A DNA stretch of 64,000 nucleotides from Octopus sinensis (GCF_006345805.1 NW_021835987.1:186001-250000); one strand, 5' to 3'; positions 51,062 to 64,000 are shown, counted from the stretch's first letter. Made by a program: numbers and translations. Notes: generated from the sequence alone by a model not told the origin.

Positions 51062-51389
51062 ATGTCCCGGTTTCCTGTTACCCATCCTGCTGTGATAACA
51101 ATGCTTCTGTTAACTCTTGCAACCATTCTGGTTGTTAGCTCAGATCAGGAACGTGAAGCAAGCTACGAACGTTTGCCTCTTGGCTACTCTTATGATTACC
51201 TTCAGTCATCACCATAGGAAATATTCTATTCAACACGAAGTCTACTGGAATGTGCCGGCCTCGTTCTAAACAGCCAATCGGAATTTTTCACTTACAACGA
51301 AGTCAGCCATGTTTGTAAGAATTACTCACCGAAGAATATAATGACAGTCGTCAGCACGGATGACATCAACGAGATTGCCTTCTATAGAT
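51062..51389 (+). pseudogene. Copy D exon 1 with the same in-frame TAG at codon 52 (51215-51217)
   Basis: ATG TCC CGG...CCA TAG GAA...TAT AGA T|GTAAGT; 328 nt. Confidence 0.88.
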
Positions 51390-52499
51390 GTAAGTGAAGC
51401 ATTCTTCTTCTTCTTCTTCTTCTTTTAATTATTTGTTTCAGTCATTTGACTGCGGCCATGCTGGAGCACCTCCTTTAGTCGAACAAATCGACTCCTGGAT
51501 TTATTCTTTATGAGCCTAGTACTTATTCTATCGGTCTCTTTTTGCCGAACCTCTAAGATTGCACAGTTTTTGGTAGGTCTAGAATGGGACAGTCATATGG
51601 ATGAGGAAACATGATTTTTGGTTGACATCCTTCCTTATAATATCTGGCCTCGTTGCATCTATCGTTCTGTCAGTTTGAACAGTAAAGTTCCAAAGGAGTG
51701 AGATATGATCATTTTCAAGCACTGGAGGTTGTTTGTCTTCCCACCATTTTTTAAATTCCTATTATCATTTCGTATTTGGATTTGGTTTCCAAGATTCTTT
51801 ATATGAGTTCCTGTGTTGAAGCATATCCTGTTGTGTCTGGGGAGAGTCATTTTCCTTTTGTGCCTTATAATTTCCACTTATAATTTCCATATAAGTGGAA
51901 AATTTCCACTTATATCTTGCAACCTTTTCAATAATCTTGACTCTGTCCGTTATTTACACTGCGTTCCTTTTTGTTTGTTTGTGCGCATGTGTGTGGGTCA
52001 GTGTGCATGTACGTATGTGTGTATGTATGTATGCATACCATCAAAGTGACACAGGGGTAAAATATACGAAGCCCAGTATACCCATCATGTCTGATAAGGG
52101 TACACCAGGCACACGCATTACAACCATATGTGCGCGACATGGTGATCTCATATCAAGATAACAGCGTATGATCTTGTAGGTGGGGCCCAGTTAGAATTTC
52201 CTTCTGGTCGAGTAGCCCATCCCGCTCAAAAAATCCCTGAAGAGGTGAATTATCCAAACACCAAGAATTCCTTTCAACACATGGCTATGATACTCCCCCA
52301 CTACTTCTGCTCATGATCAGAGATGCACATACCGTCAGCCACTAAGGGACATGGTCAACTGATTAAGGTCAACTGTGGTATTGAGCAGAATATTTGCTGT
52401 AGACCATCTTTTTTACCAAGACAAAACAATGTACATGATAACACGTCCAATCAGTTAAGATCAGAAGCCATGAGAGCCACTGCCTGGTACTGCATCAGG

Positions 52500-52550
<51 letters not shown>

Positions 52551-52698
52551 TTATTACCATCATCATCATCATAATTAAAACTACTACAACTACTACTACT
52601 ACTACCACTACTACTATTAGTATTATTATTATCATTATTATTACTATTATTATTATTACCACCATCATCATTATCATCATTATTATTATTATTATTAA

Positions 52699-52729
<31 letters not shown>

Positions 52730-52974
52730 ATTAATATTATTATTATGAGCATCATCATTATTATTGTTAATGGCGGCGAGCTGGAAGAATCGTTAGTACG
52801 TTGGAAGAAATGCTTAGCAGTATTTCGACCGTCTCTACGTTCTGAGTTCAAATTTCGCTGAGGTTGACTTTGCTTTTCATCATTCAGGGTCAATAAATTA
52901 AGCACCAGTAGCGTACTGACCCCCTCGCCCCCAAATTTGAGGCCTTGTGCCAATAGTAGAAAAGATTATTATTA

Positions 52975-53016
<42 letters not shown>

Positions 53017-53059
53017 GTTGTTGTTGTTGTTGTTGTTATTGTTGTTGTTGTTATTTCAG

Positions 53060-53238
53060 ATGGTCAATGGATAAAAGTATATGCCCTATCAATGGGAGCT
53101 GGTTCGAAAGTCTATAATTCATTTTTGAATCTAGGAAGTCCTTCAACCTGGAATGTGGACAAATGTCTCGGTATCTTTTGTCCGAACTTCTTCCGACATC
53201 CTATCCTGGATTTCTGGAACCATCTTGCCATTGATGAG
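53060..53238 (+). pseudogene. Copy D exon 2 (intact)
   Basis: tttcag|...|gtatgt, 179 nt; GQWIKVYALSMGAGSKVYNSFLNLGSPSTWNVDKCLGIFCPNFFRHPILDFWNHLAIDE. Confidence 0.88.
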
Positions 53239-53264
53239 GTATGTATACACTCTTTCACTCTCCA

Positions 53265-53302
<38 letters not shown>

Positions 53303-53567
53303 GAAATGAGATTCCTTTACACACACTTTATCATTTATCATAGTAATAGTAATAAAGGTAAATTATATTTTAGATCAGTTTAGATATGGTTCAGGCATAT
53401 TTTACCCTTAAAAACTGCAATTTTAACCGCGATTTTATATATATATATATATATAGAATAGCGTAGGCTCGAAACGTAAAAGACTTTTCCTATTCCTGAG
53501 CGTTATACTAATAGTTCTGTTTGTTTTGTACACCACCTGTCCTTGTTGTTGTTTTTTCGTAAACTGT

Positions 53568-53658
<91 letters not shown>

Positions 53659-54243
53659 TAAATAAATGGTACATATATATATACTACTAATATAGCATAA
53701 AAGTTTTTTCAGGAAAAAATTTTTATCAAAGGTGGCAGCATATCAAATTATCTTTAAAGGTTAAAATTATAAACAACTTATAAACAAGGGCAAAAGAAAA
53801 ATTATTTCTATGCCAATATGCAGAGAAGAGACTTTAAGTCGTCAATTTCCACATTTCATTTTACATTCACTATAAATACACTTCGTGCTGAAATTTAGGA
53901 CAGCTAGCTAACAGAATTTCTTAAAAGTTCGTTATTTCTATATTGAATCAATTTCAGGATTAATCCTATTGATTCTTCCCTCTTATGGGGAAAATACGAT
54001 AAAAAATAAATGAAATATTTACAAGAACCCATGGAAAAAAAGCATAAGCAAGATTAATCCCGAAACTGATTCAATACATAAATAACGAACTTTTTAAAAA
54101 ATTTTTGTTAGCTAGCTTTCCTTGATTCCAGCACGTCCTGTATTTATAGTGAATGTAAAATGAAATGTGGAAATTGGCGATTTAAAGTCTCTTCTCAACA
54201 TAGTAGCATAGAAATAATTTTTCTTTTGCTCTTATTTATAATT

Positions 54244-54299
<56 letters not shown>

Positions 54300-55181
54300 A
54301 ATTGGGACAAGAACGCAAAACATCCAGACAGTTATATGATACAAGAAAGAGAGAACAAAGAAAACAAGGACGTGTCATTCGGAGTTTTCTTTCCGCAGTC
54401 GAGTTCCAGATTATCTTTGCAATTTCGTCTGGTTATACTCGAGATTGCTCCAATCTGGCCAGCCCCTCGGAAAAACTATGCGAAGAGCATTAGATTCCTT
54501 GGAACAAAGCAGCGAATGTATACGAAAACAAGGACGGAAAAGACGGAGAAAATTACACAAATACAAATAACAGGACATAACAACAAGTGTCTTTCGACTA
54601 AGGACGAATTAAATTAAGCTGGCATATGATACACGCGCGCGCGCGCATGGTTCACTTGACTATCCACTCGCACGCATATATATGTGTGTGTGTGCGCGTG
54701 TATATATGCCCTACTGGTAAATTTCAAGCCACTGGCCTCGGCAACCCGAATATACCACCTTAGCAACCAGCTGCTTCCATGCACCGACATCACTGACATC
54801 CACGCTCACTGACATCAGCCAACCACAGGGCCGCCAATCACCAGTCCCTAAAGCTTGTTCATTCCTGTCCATCCGCTTATCCATACCCCTTGTACAAGCC
54901 CATCCACACAACTATATATACACGCGTGCAAACACGTACATATACACCAGCACGCGAATGGTATTCAAGTGCACCCTGTATGTGTATATATATATATATA
55001 TACAGCATCTTGTTTTGGCTACACGCGGGTGGGAAGGGGCTGTTGACACAATCGTTTCATTCACAAATTGAATTCGGTGATACCAGTTGCGGATTCTAGC
55101 TCGCTCTGATACTGAGTTGAGTTGGTGCCTTCTGGTATCTCAAAATTCAATATATAATCATTTATGATTATAGTATTCTAC

Positions 55182-55242
55182 GCTCTCCATGGGATGACCT
55201 ATCTTCAGCCAACCCAGAGTATTTCAGGATGGAAGGAATAAA
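55182..55242 (+). pseudogene. Copy D exon 3, 3' remnant only
   Basis: SPWDDLSSANPEYFRMEGIK then |gtaagt; the 5' ~100 nt and acceptor are replaced by unrelated sequence (~55001-55181). Confidence 0.8.
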
Positions 55243-55314
55243 GTAAGTTCTAAATATACTTTTCTTTTTCTCTTTGTAGAAACGTAATATACCAAAAGCA
55301 CTTTACGCACGTTA

Positions 55315-55387
<73 letters not shown>

Positions 55388-55856
55388 TTCTTAACACTAT
55401 ATATTTATTCACGATATTTTCTTGAAACGACCAAAGCATTTCCAGGCTTTCACCATTATATCTTCATTGAATATGATTATTATGCTATACATTTTAACAC
55501 AGGTTGATATAACCATCTATTTATCAAGCGTAACGCATCGATAGGCCAGTTACTGCAATATATGTCCTGAGATAACATCTATTGCTCTCATTAGCCGCTG
55601 CTGGGACGAATTTTTCGTGTCTCTCTGATATTTATTGTGTTCGTAACACTGCAAATCCATAGGAGATGTTATCTCAGGGAAAATACTACAGTAACTAGCA
55701 ATCGACAGTGTGTATATATATTGAGTATGATACATAGATGTCTGTTTTAATCAAATGCTGATTTATTCGACTGTGCACATCGGACATAATTGTATATTTA
55801 CTGAATACTTATATTTTCTCATTCTGAAACCCAAACAAGTTCTTTTTTCAATTCAG

Positions 55857-56020
55857 CAGTGATATACGTCGCTTCTATATAACGAACCACGCTGACTGTC
55901 TCACAGAGCGTGGGTGGTTGTGCATCAATGGAGGTTCCGCTTATTGTCAGTATGATAACATGGATCACTACCCTTCAATTCGTTATTCTGATACAAAATC
56001 GAAAGTCGTATGGAACAACG
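55857..56020 (+). pseudogene. Copy D exon 4 (open, intact splice sites)
   Basis: attcag|...|gtaagt, 164 nt (tandem CAGCAG acceptor would give 161); SDIRRFYITNHADCLTERGWLCINGGSAYCQYDNMDHYPSIRYSDTKSKVVWNN. Confidence 0.85.
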
Positions 56021-56292
56021 GTAAGTGATGTTTTGTGTATGTGTTGATGTGCATATGTGTGTGAGTGTCCCTGTGTGTGTGTGTGTTTGTGGATGTGTGT
56101 GTCTCTGTGTGTGTGTTAATGTGAGTAGCAAATGAAATAATTTTTGTATTTATTGTACAACAATCAATTAGTCTTAATTCAGTTGTGGAAATTTGGCTGC
56201 TTTTTCTAGTAATTCGAGCGACCACGTATAAAGGCTTTCCATGGCATATTTTTAATTCCTTTCGTTGTTGATATTTTTATTGTTACTTGCAG

Positions 56293-56348
56293 GTTATGCA
56301 TTGGCAGACTCCATGGCCATATTCATCAGCCTGAGGCAGCAGAACTAA
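56293..56348 (+). pseudogene. Copy D exon 5 (terminal)
   Basis: ttgcag|; (G)YALADSMAIFISLRQQN*. Confidence 0.85.
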
Positions 56349-56865
56349 CCCAGCACATAATATCCCTAGATACTATTGTTGTTGTTAACGTCCAACCAAT
56401 CCAGCTGACCACCACAAGTGTTCCATATAGATCAAGCATTACCTGTTAATAAAAGATCCATAAATATATTTTATCCAACATCGGTTTTTGAGTTGTGATT
56501 CTCTTTCTCTCTTTGCAGATAGAGAGCTGCTGTTTTTTTTTTTGTTGCTCCAGTTCCCTATAACCATATGTATGTATGTATGTATGTATGTATATATTAT
56601 ATGTAGAAAAATACAAACTGGGACAAGAACGTAAAACATTTAGAAGACGATACAAAAAACACGGACGAGACATTCGAAGCCTTCAATCTTCAGTCAAGAA
56701 CCGGATCATCCTAGCAATTTCGGCTGATTAATCTTGAGATCGCTCCGATTCGGCCAGCCCCAAGGAAAAACTAAGCTACGAGCATTAGATTTCTTGAAAA
56801 AAGGATCGAATGTATACGAAACAGGGACAGAAAAACGGACGATGCCACACGAATATAAAATACAA

Positions 56866-56960
56866 AAAACCTGTTACTCTGAGTTTCACGTTCCCGTTCG
56901 TCGGACAGTTTTTGCTAGAATCCGACGAACGGGAACGTGAAACTCAGAGTAACAGGTTTT
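56866..56960. repeat. Perfect 40-bp inverted repeat with 15-nt spacer
   Basis: Arms 56866-56905 and 56921-56960. Confidence 0.95.
56871..56908 (-). ncRNA. Minimal hammerhead-like motif, CCGACGA core
   Basis: CTGT CCGACGA ACG-GGAA-CGT GAAA CTC-A-GAG TA ACAG: all three stems pair, GUA triplet. Confidence 0.65.
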
Positions 56961-57072
56961 GTTGAATTTTCTGCTGCTTTTAAATAAAGCATATTACTCT
57001 ACCCCTGGTATTTGAGTACTCTTTTCTCCACCTTGTTTCACATTTATGTGTTTACTCCGGTATATATAGATA

Positions 57073-57136
<64 letters not shown>

Positions 57137-57464
57137 ACTCATGAATACTTACATATGCGCACGTGTTGTATACGTACATATATGTGCACGTATATACCAG
57201 GCTAATACATTTGCCCATCTCACATCATCTGCTACATGGTCAAAATATCATCGCAGTAATATGATGACATGGAGCGAATGTATAATTTTACATATAAAAA
57301 GGATAAGAACATTATTTATAATGGCCTCAATGTAAAATTCCGTATCGGTTAATAACCATTATAGGTGTATAATAATATAAATATATTTAGAAGTAATGGT
57401 ACCAAAGAAGCACCACCACGCCAGAAATATATATATGTATATAGATACATATGTAAATATATGC

Positions 57465-57514
<50 letters not shown>

Positions 57515-57518
<4 letters not shown>

Positions 57519-58243
57519 CGTTATATAATTAGGGTTCAGTAAAAGAATTTACTTTACCACACAACGAACTTTTAGAAATAGCAGCTAAAAAATTACTTGA
57601 GAACGCCGTTTCTAGATTAGTTAGATATAGAGGTGCTAGAAATGCATATTCCTATCAACATATCCGTCATCAGCCCAAGATTTCGTTGGGTTTAAATTTG
57701 AGAGCACTAAAAATCGAACATACCCGTCTGATATGAGTAATCCCAGACAAACAATCTTCGACCGCCAGTACTAACGAATTCAAAAAGTACGAATGAGGCT
57801 TTGTATCTTCCCTCGTCCACCCACCTGAGTTTTAGAGCAACAGGTCCCTACAGAGGGATCTGTAGTTTATTATCAGGGAGAGAGAATTATACTGTCAATA
57901 ATGAAAGGATAAAATTAATTAATTAGTAATTAATAATTTCACCAAGTAGTGTTCAGTACGTAAAAAGACCATTTACGGTATATTTAAAACATTACGTTAT
58001 ATAATTAGGGTTCAGTAAAACAAATTACTTTACCACACACCGAACTTTTAGAAATAACAACCAAAAAATTTTAGCTATTTCCTCTACGATAAGAAAAGTC
58101 TCCCAAACAATGTATACTCAAAAATAATCCACGTAGGTATAGAGGGAAAAATAACGAAAGATCACACGTACGTCGGTTACTTGAGAACGTCGTTTCCGGA
58201 TTAGTTAGATATAGAGATGCTAGAAATGCATACTCCTATCAAC

Positions 58244-58245
<2 letters not shown>
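57515..58245. mobile_element. Third partial-tandem element in (TA)n (repeat offset 476 bp; first unit lacks ~125 bp), plus a fragment at ~58318-58420
   Basis: attacgttatataattagggttcag at 57515 and 57991. Confidence 0.8.
57596..57679 (-). ncRNA. Type I hammerhead motif with long stem II loop
   Basis: CTTGGG CTGATGA CGGAT...(ATCTA here; ATCCG in the second unit) GAAA CGGCG TT CTCAAG; the second unit has the intact stem II 3' side but is cut off before the core. Confidence 0.6.
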
Positions 58246-58311
<66 letters not shown>

Positions 58312-58423
58312 TTATACTTTATAATTAGGGTTCAGCAAAGATTTGCTTTACCACTCACCGAAGTTTAGAAATAGCAGCCAAAGAACCTTAGCTATTTCCT
58401 CTACTTTAAAAAGAGACTCCCGG

Positions 58424-58458
<35 letters not shown>

Positions 58459-58539
58459 TACATTTATCTACCTAACAGTACACTAACTATTCTACTCTAC
58501 CTGTGTAAACTGTGGGTATAGAGGTATGGTATTTACTAT

Positions 58540-58960
58540 GTATATTTCCTATTTAGTATTGGGGAGGTTTCATTTATAAGGACGTACTCCCGTCTGAGTG
58601 TTGGGTCTTTTGGGTGCTTGGATAAGATGCGGATGTCAAGTTGACCCAAGTTGCCTCCATGGTGGTCTTTGGCATGTTGGTAGCGTATGGAAGACTGTTT
58701 TCAGTCGTCACATTGTCTTATATGTTCATTTATTCGTTCCGCAATGCTTCTAGACGTCTCCCCTATGTACGTCATGTTCACGTCCTCACAAGCACCTTCT
58801 ACGCATCTTATGCTGTAAACTACATTTCGGGTTCTACAGTTAAGGCCAGGGCTAATGTTGTAAATCCATTTTTTAGGAATAATGGTATACATGCAATATT
58901 CCAATATCCTATGAGTAAATTCCAAAAGTCCAACAGAGTTTAAAATGAGTCCTTCCAAAT
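58540..58960 (-). mobile_element. Penelope-like GIY-YIG endonuclease remnant
   Basis: NCRTRNVVYSIRC..YIGETSRSIAERINEH...DIRILSKHPKDPTLR. Confidence 0.85.
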
Positions 58961-59332
58961 ATAGAGTTTATAAGCAATGTAAGATTCCCTTATGAGTGAG
59001 ATCCAGCAGATTTTTAAACTTGGTCATTCCCAGAAGAGAAATTACGTACAGTGTTGCAGACTCAAAGGTTTTTATTTAAAGTGACCTAAAAATAGGGAGT
59101 TTATTAGTAAGGTCAAATCGTAAACAGGCCTCTGCATTAAAGATTATAACGGCCGTGTTTTATCACTTATTTTCTCCGAACTGGGAATATACATTAATTA
59201 TGTTCCATAGATGAGTCTAGACTCTTAAAATCTTTCACACAGTTACGTGGAGAAGAGAGGTAACTCTGCGAAGTAAATGTCAAACATTGATTGCCTCCCT
59301 TACATGCATTGGTCTAAAAAAATATTGCTTTT

Positions 59333-60345
59333 TATTGGGTCGTCCGGAAAGTTCGTGCCGATTTTTAAGGGAAAAAATGTTCAATAAATACTTGCCATTA
59401 CAGCCAAATATGAACCATTTTCTTGCACAATGCGTCTCCACCTTTCCTTTAACTTGCAAATACCCTCTTCCCAGAATTGAGGTGGTTTCATGGCAAAGAA
59501 TTCATCAAGGTATCTATTTACGTCATTCAAGGATTGAAATTTTTACCATTAACACTATTCTCCAGAGACCTGAATAAGTGGCAATCAGAAGGAGCAATAT
59601 CTGGTGAATATGGAGGGTGGGGTAACAGATCCCAGCCGAGCTGCAGCAATTTTTGTCTGGTTCCTGAAGAAACGTACGGTCTTGCATTATCATGTTGGAA
59701 AACAACACCCTTCCTGTTGGTCAATTCTGGACGTTTCTCTTGAATTACTGCTTTTAACTCGTCCAGTTGTGTGCAGTATTTCTCAGAATTAATTGTCTGG
59801 TTACTTGGGAGAAGCTCATAGCACAGAAATCCTTTCCAATCCCACCAGACACAAAGCAAGACTTTTTTAAGGTGAAGACCCACTTTTGGGTTGGTTAAGG
59901 GTGGCTCATGTCGCTTACACCAGGATCGCTTTTTCTGAACATTTCGGTAGATAATCCATTTCTCATCATCTGTCACAATTTGCTTTAAAAAAAGGCGCGT
60001 TTTCATTCCGTTTATAAAGCGAATCACAGATAGGAATGCGATCGAAAAAGTTCTTCTCACTCAACTCATGTGGTACCCAAACATCGTAGCGATTTGTGTA
60101 CCCAAGCTTTACCAGGTGCTCATGAATGACGGATTTTGATAGGTTGAGGCCTTCTGCGAATTCTCGGGTTGTGCGATGTGGGTTATTCTCAGTTAATGAC
60201 TTGATTTAGTCATCATCTGTAGTGGATGGTCTACCTGATCGCTCTTTATCAATTAGGCTACAATCTCCAGCTTGGAACCTTGCTAACCACTTCCGTACAG
60301 TTCTTTCAGATAAAGAAACATCACCGTTAACTACGTTAACGCATA
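59333..60345 (-). mobile_element. Mariner element, 5'-truncated transposase pseudogene with one terminus
   Basis: WVPHEL, IVTDDEKW, QHDNARP, YSPDIAPSDCHLF (D,D34D); TIR-like TATTGGGTCGTCCGGAAAGTTCGTGCCG; stop and frameshift. Confidence 0.92.
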
Positions 60346-61820
60346 TTTTCTCTTTTCTTACCCTTCTTATCTATACGAGGTGTACCAAAACCCTCCAATC
60401 ATTGGCCGGAAAGGTCCACCACTATACGACTGCTTCCAGCACACGACTTGATCTCACCGCAGACCCCGTAAGAAAGAGGCCGTCTTCAACCTGCTGCTTC
60501 TTGACATGACGTCATTTCCTTCCCCTTACGGTCCCTTTCAACGTCAGTCCCTCTCCCCTCGGTCACTCATCCCTCATCCAAACATGAACAAGGAAATAGA
60601 ACTGAAAACAAGTGTGTATATTAATTCATTTTTATTTAATCACAAGAAGTTACAACGTGACTCAAGTGAGGAGCGTTTCGTCCATTGTCACCTATCTTAC
60701 CAAGCAGGTTTCAAATTGTGTCTGGGTGTGTGGGGTGTTTATATTCACATAGATACAGATTGAAATGATTAATACAGTTATCACCGGATTGTTCTACAAG
60801 AAATTAGAAACAACAGACTTACAGGATCACGTCGATTATCAATATTAATTGTTTTCAAATTCTTTGCCCGTTGAGCAATTCAATAATTGAATAAAAAAAA
60901 AAAATAGGGTAAAATAAATTATGTAAAGAAAAAAGTTAAAGAATATATGAATATATAAGCATACACATAAGCAGGAGTACCATAAACAGGAGTACCACAA
61001 ACAGGAATACCCCGAACACGGTGTCACAGAGTTAACTTTCTAGTTCATTGAAATCGAATAATTTCTTTTAAAAAATAGCTGAATAATTTTTTATGATTAT
61101 TATTTAATTATGATACCAAATCAAACAGAATTTATAAACCTGACGTCAAAACTATATTGCAAATATAGAACGTGCTCCGTCTGAATCTTTGTAAGTTTCA
61201 AATCTGTCCTGAGCGTTACGAAACAAAAATTGAAGCCTTGTAGGAAATACCTCCTGCACTGCTAACGGAAAGCGTTCTTTAAGTCCAGCCAAACTATTGC
61301 TCCATTCTGGGGGTGGAGGCAGAGAAAATGAATTGAACAAAATTGAAAACAATGCTATCGTTGACAGAAAAGCGGGATCCAACAGGAATGTAAAAGTTAT
61401 TTTATAAAATGAGAAAAATTATAAAATTATAGGCAAAATTAAAAATTTATATGTTTTTGACGGATATTAAACATGATAAACGTAAATAAAAGTGAGTTTC
61501 CTAAAAAATTTTCCGATTTCATTGAAAATAATTAATTCTGGTCACCCTGTATGTGTGCACATGCATACACACACACATATATAATAAGCATACATTGATA
61601 TGCTCATACACACATGCATAGTTACATGCGTGGTTGTGTGGTTAAGAAGTTAGCTTCGGAACCATGTGCTTTCGGGTTCAATCGTACTGTGCAGCACCTT
61701 AGACAAGTGTCTTCTACTTATAGTCCCGGGTTTTACTATGCAACTAATTATTTGTGAGTGAATTTGGTTGACAGAAGCCGTGTGGTCACGTTGTATAAAG
61801 AAGATCTTATGATTGGTTAG

Positions 61821-61870
61821 TTACAAATTCAAGCGGATGAAGATGGCCATGGAATCAGCTGTTTCCGAAT
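61821..61870 (-). CDS. Copy F exon 5 (terminal), identical peptide to copy A
   Basis: ttgcag|; (N)SETADSMAIFIRLNL*. Confidence 0.85.
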
Positions 61871-62129
61871 CTGCAAAATAATAAATGTAACAACAACAAT
61901 AACAACGAAATTAACAGCAAAATTAATAAGAATATCGTCTCTCTTCGAGGTTCTGAGTTCAAAATATCGCAGAGATCGATGCAATCGACGAATCTTCTCC
62001 CCACGAAACTGCTGGCCTTCTGCCCAAATCTGATATCAATTTTCCCCTTCGTTATTGATGACATAATACCATTTATTTGGCAAATAATTGAACCTTGGGA
62101 CGTAAAATTCTTCAGCTTTCGAAGCAAAG

Positions 62130-63160
62130 CAATATTTAATATCATTTGTGACCTCATCATAATTGACTGTTTTCTATCTACATAATCCTTTCTACTATAG
62201 GCACAAGGCCTGAAATTTGGGGAAGTGGACTAGTCCATTACATCAACCCCAGTACGCAACTGGTATTTATTTTACTGATCCCGAAAGGCTAAAGGGCAAA
62301 GTCAACCTTGTCGGAGTTTGAACTCAGGACGTAGCGACGGGTAAATATCGCTAAGCATTTCGTCCAGCGTGCTAACGATTCCGCCAGGTCGCCGCCCTTT
62401 TTCCTTTCTAAGAGAATTTTTTCTACTATTGGCACAAGGCTCGATATTTTTGGGGCGGAGGCCTGTCGATTACATTGATCCCAGTACGCAACAGGTGCTT
62501 AGTTTGTAGTCCCTGAAAGGATGAAAAAACCCTGGGTTCAAGTGTATCACGAAAGGCCTAGCTGGAGTCAGAAACTTCTGAGCTCTTTCACAGGGCTTAA
62601 ATTAAATACCAGTTACACACTGGGGTCGATGTAATTGACTTAATCCATTTGTCTGTCCTTGTTTGTACTCTCTGTGTTTAGCCTCTTGTGGGTAGTAAAG
62701 AAGTAGGTATTTCGTCTGTCTTTACATTCTGAGTTCAAATTTCACTGAGGTCAATTTTACCTTTCATCCTTTCAGGGTCCACAAACTAAGCACCTGTTGC
62801 GTACTGGGATCAATGTAATCGACAGGCCCCCGCCCCCAAAATATTGTGCCTTGTGCCAATAGTAGAAAAAATTCTCTTAGAAAGGAAAAAGGGCGGCGAA
62901 CTGGCGGAATCGTTAGCATGCTGGACGAAACGCTTAGCGATATTTACCCGTCGCTACGTCCTGAGTTCAAACTCCGACGAGGTTGACTTTGCCCTTCAGC
63001 CTTTCGGGGTCAGTAAAATAAATACCAGTTGCGTACTGGAGTTGATGTAATGGACTAGTCCACTCCCCCAAGTTTCAGGCCTTGTGCCTAGAGTAGAAAG
63101 GATTATGTAGATAGAAAACAGTCAATTGTGATGAGGTCACAAATGATATTAAATATTTCT
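62130..63160. repeat. Inverted repeat in intron 4 of copy F (paralogue of 17890-18895)
   Basis: Arms ~62130-62518 and ~62765-63160. Confidence 0.9.
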
Positions 63161-63392
63161 TTGCAACACCTCGTACTGAATTTCCCCACACCTACACGTG
63201 TGTAATATTATATCACACAATGATGCTCTTCGTTAAGTACTGCGAGACTTATGCTTCGCTGAGGAGGTATAATAACACCGAAATGTGTCCTGAGTTTTTC
63301 CTTGTGTTCACCACGCAATTATAATTAGACTTATAGTACTTAATATATTAACCTAGCAGAGAGACAATTAAAGCAGGTGACGAAATACTTAC

Positions 63393-63553
63393 TGTCATTC
63401 CATATAACTTGCAAATTTTCAGGTGAGTAAAATATTACAGGAGGAGGAGGAATTGCCTCAAATGGACAGAAACTACTTTGAACAACCATGAACCAACCGC
63501 TGTCTCCTCCACATTCATTATGTAGAGATGACACATAGAAACGACGTCTTCCA
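63393..63553 (-). CDS. Copy F exon 4 (exons 1-3 expected beyond the window)
   Basis: tttacag|...|gtaagt, 161 nt; GRRRFYVSSLHNECGGDSGWFMVVQSSFCPFEAIPPPPVIFYSPENLQVIWND. Confidence 0.87.
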
Positions 63554-63903
63554 CTGTAAAGGGAGAAAAACAAAATAAGATATCGCTGTAGTTTTCGTTT
63601 TGCTGCTATTGTCGTTATCAGATGTTGAGGTTTAGAAGTTTGCCTCGCAATTACATAATTTATGAAGTAACCTGGCTTCCAAGTTCGAACTGAAACTGCT
63701 CAGCGATACACTGGACAAGTAGTGTCCACTACTTTAGAGTCCACGAAATCTTTGTGAGTGAAAGTTTCGTAGAAGTAATCTGTGTGTAGGGCAATACTAA
63801 GAAGGACGGTCCTTATACGTGTGTAGTAGCCTTTATTTACATTATTTACATTATTTACATTATTTACATTCGACGGATATTTGTCCTCATCTTGTTTCTT
63901 GTT

Positions 63904-63949
63904 AACACAACGTTTCCGCTGATATACCCTCCAGTCTTCATCAGGTGTC
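63904..63949 (-). ncRNA. Minimal hammerhead motif, paralogue of 17102-17147
   Basis: Reverse complement is identical over the motif. Confidence 0.55.
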
Positions 63950-64000
63950 TTGGGGAAAATTTCGAACCTGGGTTCTCATCCCTCAGGTATTCTTCGATGT

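Noticed and set aside
59527-60060. Active mariner transposase or a domesticated SETMAR-like gene
   Set aside because: Upstream stop and frameshift, missing N-terminus and one terminus, no SET exon

Overview
AT-rich, microsatellite-dense animal DNA; its tRNA-derived SINEs and repeat content point to an octopus (inference). The supplied ORF track is mostly microsatellite noise. Two things stand out. (1) A rearranged cluster of six whole or partial copies (A-F) of one uncharacterised 5-exon secreted-protein gene, rebuilt by hand from GT-AG sites and exon phases: signal peptide, a 2-Cys PAN/Apple-like module and a ~185-aa C-terminal domain (possibly fibrinogen-like). A (+, 11289-19196) is intact (284 aa). 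C (-, 46263-40392) is intact except for an in-frame TAG at codon 52, shared with D (+, 51062-56348, exon 3 broken). B (-) has exons 1-3 only, E (-) is an orphan exon 4, and F (-) runs off the window end. The copies sit in nested inverted and direct duplications, show mosaic exon 1 sequence, and have a hypervariable exon 4. (2) At least eight families of short non-coding elements, mostly inserted in (TA)n, each carrying a type I hammerhead ribozyme motif. Three are partial tandem arrays (481-bp and 485-bp units, and one with a 476-bp offset); the first two also carry an inverted segment. They resemble Penelope-driven retrozymes, and two decayed Penelope-like elements lie in the window. Also present: mariner/Tc1, Chapaev3-like, Helitron, R4/Dong-like and RTE-like remnants and many SINEs. 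All calls are from manual reading; no searches or folding programs were run, and repeat boundaries are approximate.
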